A DNA stretch of 64,000 nt from Anaeroplasmataceae bacterium. GTDB lineage: Bacteria; Bacillota_I; Bacilli_A; Acholeplasmatales; Anaeroplasmataceae. Shown here in pieces: positions 63,577 to 64,000 of this stretch. Position 1 is the stretch's first letter. The number at the start of each line of letters is the position of its first letter. The stretch is taken from the NCBI GenBank assembly GCA_963590725.1, contig CAVAQB010000092.1:32864-96863 (forward strand). Direction: 5' to 3'. The notes below the pieces were generated by a model. The model worked only from the letters and a program-made list of their open reading frames with translations. It searched no databases and was not told the origin of the DNA. Both the position numbers and the translations under genes were made by a program.

Positions 63577-63783
63577 ATTATAAATTTATTTAACGGAATA
63601 AATTTAACTGATGTGCTGTTACGCTAAAGAAACAAATGATTTATCCCCACCGCTTATAACATAGCTATTAACTCTATGTTACATAACCGTGAAGGGTGTT
63701 AACCCAGAGATTTCATTCAACCCTCAGGAAATGTTTCACTCTTTAAAAGATGGCTGCTTCTAAGCCTACTTTTCAGTTAAATA
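63577..63783 (-). other. Structured non-coding spacer with a block similar to the polB intron
   Basis: 207 nt without an ORF. It has a long imperfect hairpin at 63648-63691 (perfect 8-bp core 63657-63664 / 63674-63681). Block 63686-63728 resembles 25860-25919 of the polB intron. Confidence 0.35.
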
Positions 63784-64000
63784 TTATTCTTTATAATCAT
63801 CAGTGGTACCAATTAGTTTAGCTGTTTCTTCATTATAAGGGAGACATTCACTATAACCAGCACCGCCTAAACCAGTATACGGATAATCATCTTCAATAGC
63901 ATAATGAGAGAACATATCAGCTATCCAAATATGATTTTCATACCTACATACTATTTTATCAAAAGGTTTGAAATCACAATGAGGAGATGGAATTTGATAA
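63784..64000 (-). CDS. Hypothetical protein, N-terminus outside the window
   Basis: Open frame from the window edge (codons from 63999) to TAA 63784-63786: ...YPYTGLGGAGYSECLPYNEETAKLIGTTDDYKE. Confidence 0.5.
   Translation of the reverse strand, partial: YQIPSPHCDFKPFDKIVCRYENHIWIADMFSHYAIEDDYPYTGLGGAGYSECLPYNEETAKLIGTTDDYKE

Noticed and set aside
30245-63783. A bipartite, trans-splicing group I intron formed by the 30.3-kb (5'-like) and 63.7-kb (3'-like) regions
   Set aside because: I found no P1 pairing with the upstream ORF ends. The flanking ORFs (30624..30929 and 63388..63576) do not look like halves of one protein, and the shared blocks are short. I keep this only as sequence similarity.
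1-64000. CRISPR arrays, rRNA, integrase/attachment sites, transposases
   Set aside because: I saw no repeat-spacer periodicity, no rRNA-like segments, and no recombinase or transposase motifs in any ORF.

Overview
AT-rich (about 30% GC by eye) segment of a crAss-like (Crassvirales-type) phage genome, probably with a Bacteroidota host. Two convergent modules meet at a bidirectional terminator near 22.8 kb.

(1) Plus strand, 1-22,783: four very large late or virion-type genes.
- They are a giant protein with an embedded SF1 helicase core, a 3,428-codon RNA polymerase-like protein with a DxDxD loop, an HExxH protein, and a 1,631-codon protein with RecB-like nuclease motifs.
- These genes are only readable if TAG is a sense codon. 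By manual count there are about 64 in-frame TAG and no in-frame TAA or TGA.
- All four genes end in TGA or TAA.

(2) Minus strand, 22,835-64,000: about 85 tightly packed genes that read in the standard code, several of which terminate with TAG.
- Replication and recombination: a family-B DNA polymerase split by a LAGLIDADG-carrying group I-like intron, primase, DnaB-like helicase, SF2 helicase, AAA ATPase, SSB-like protein, RecB-like exonuclease, Hjc-like resolvase, ATP-dependent ligase and RNase H.
- Nucleotide metabolism: NrdD/NrdG, ThyX, dUTPase, a HAD nucleotidase and two metallophosphoesterases.
- Also a sigma-70 family factor of Bacteroidota primary-sigma size.
- The rest are many small ORFs of unknown function, including several TM/coiled-coil proteins, a SemiSWEET-like protein and an SPFH-like lipoprotein.

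Three non-coding stretches stand out:
- 30.2-30.6 kb has a promoter-like element, about 330 nt without a convincing ORF, and a strong terminator, all upstream of the ligase-sigma-polB operon.
- 63.58-63.78 kb is a structured spacer that shares sequence blocks with the polB intron.
- 42.4-43.2 kb is a promoter/terminator-bracketed single-gene cassette.

No tRNA, rRNA or CRISPR array was found in the window. All calls come from reading the sequence and the ORF track by eye; no searches were run.
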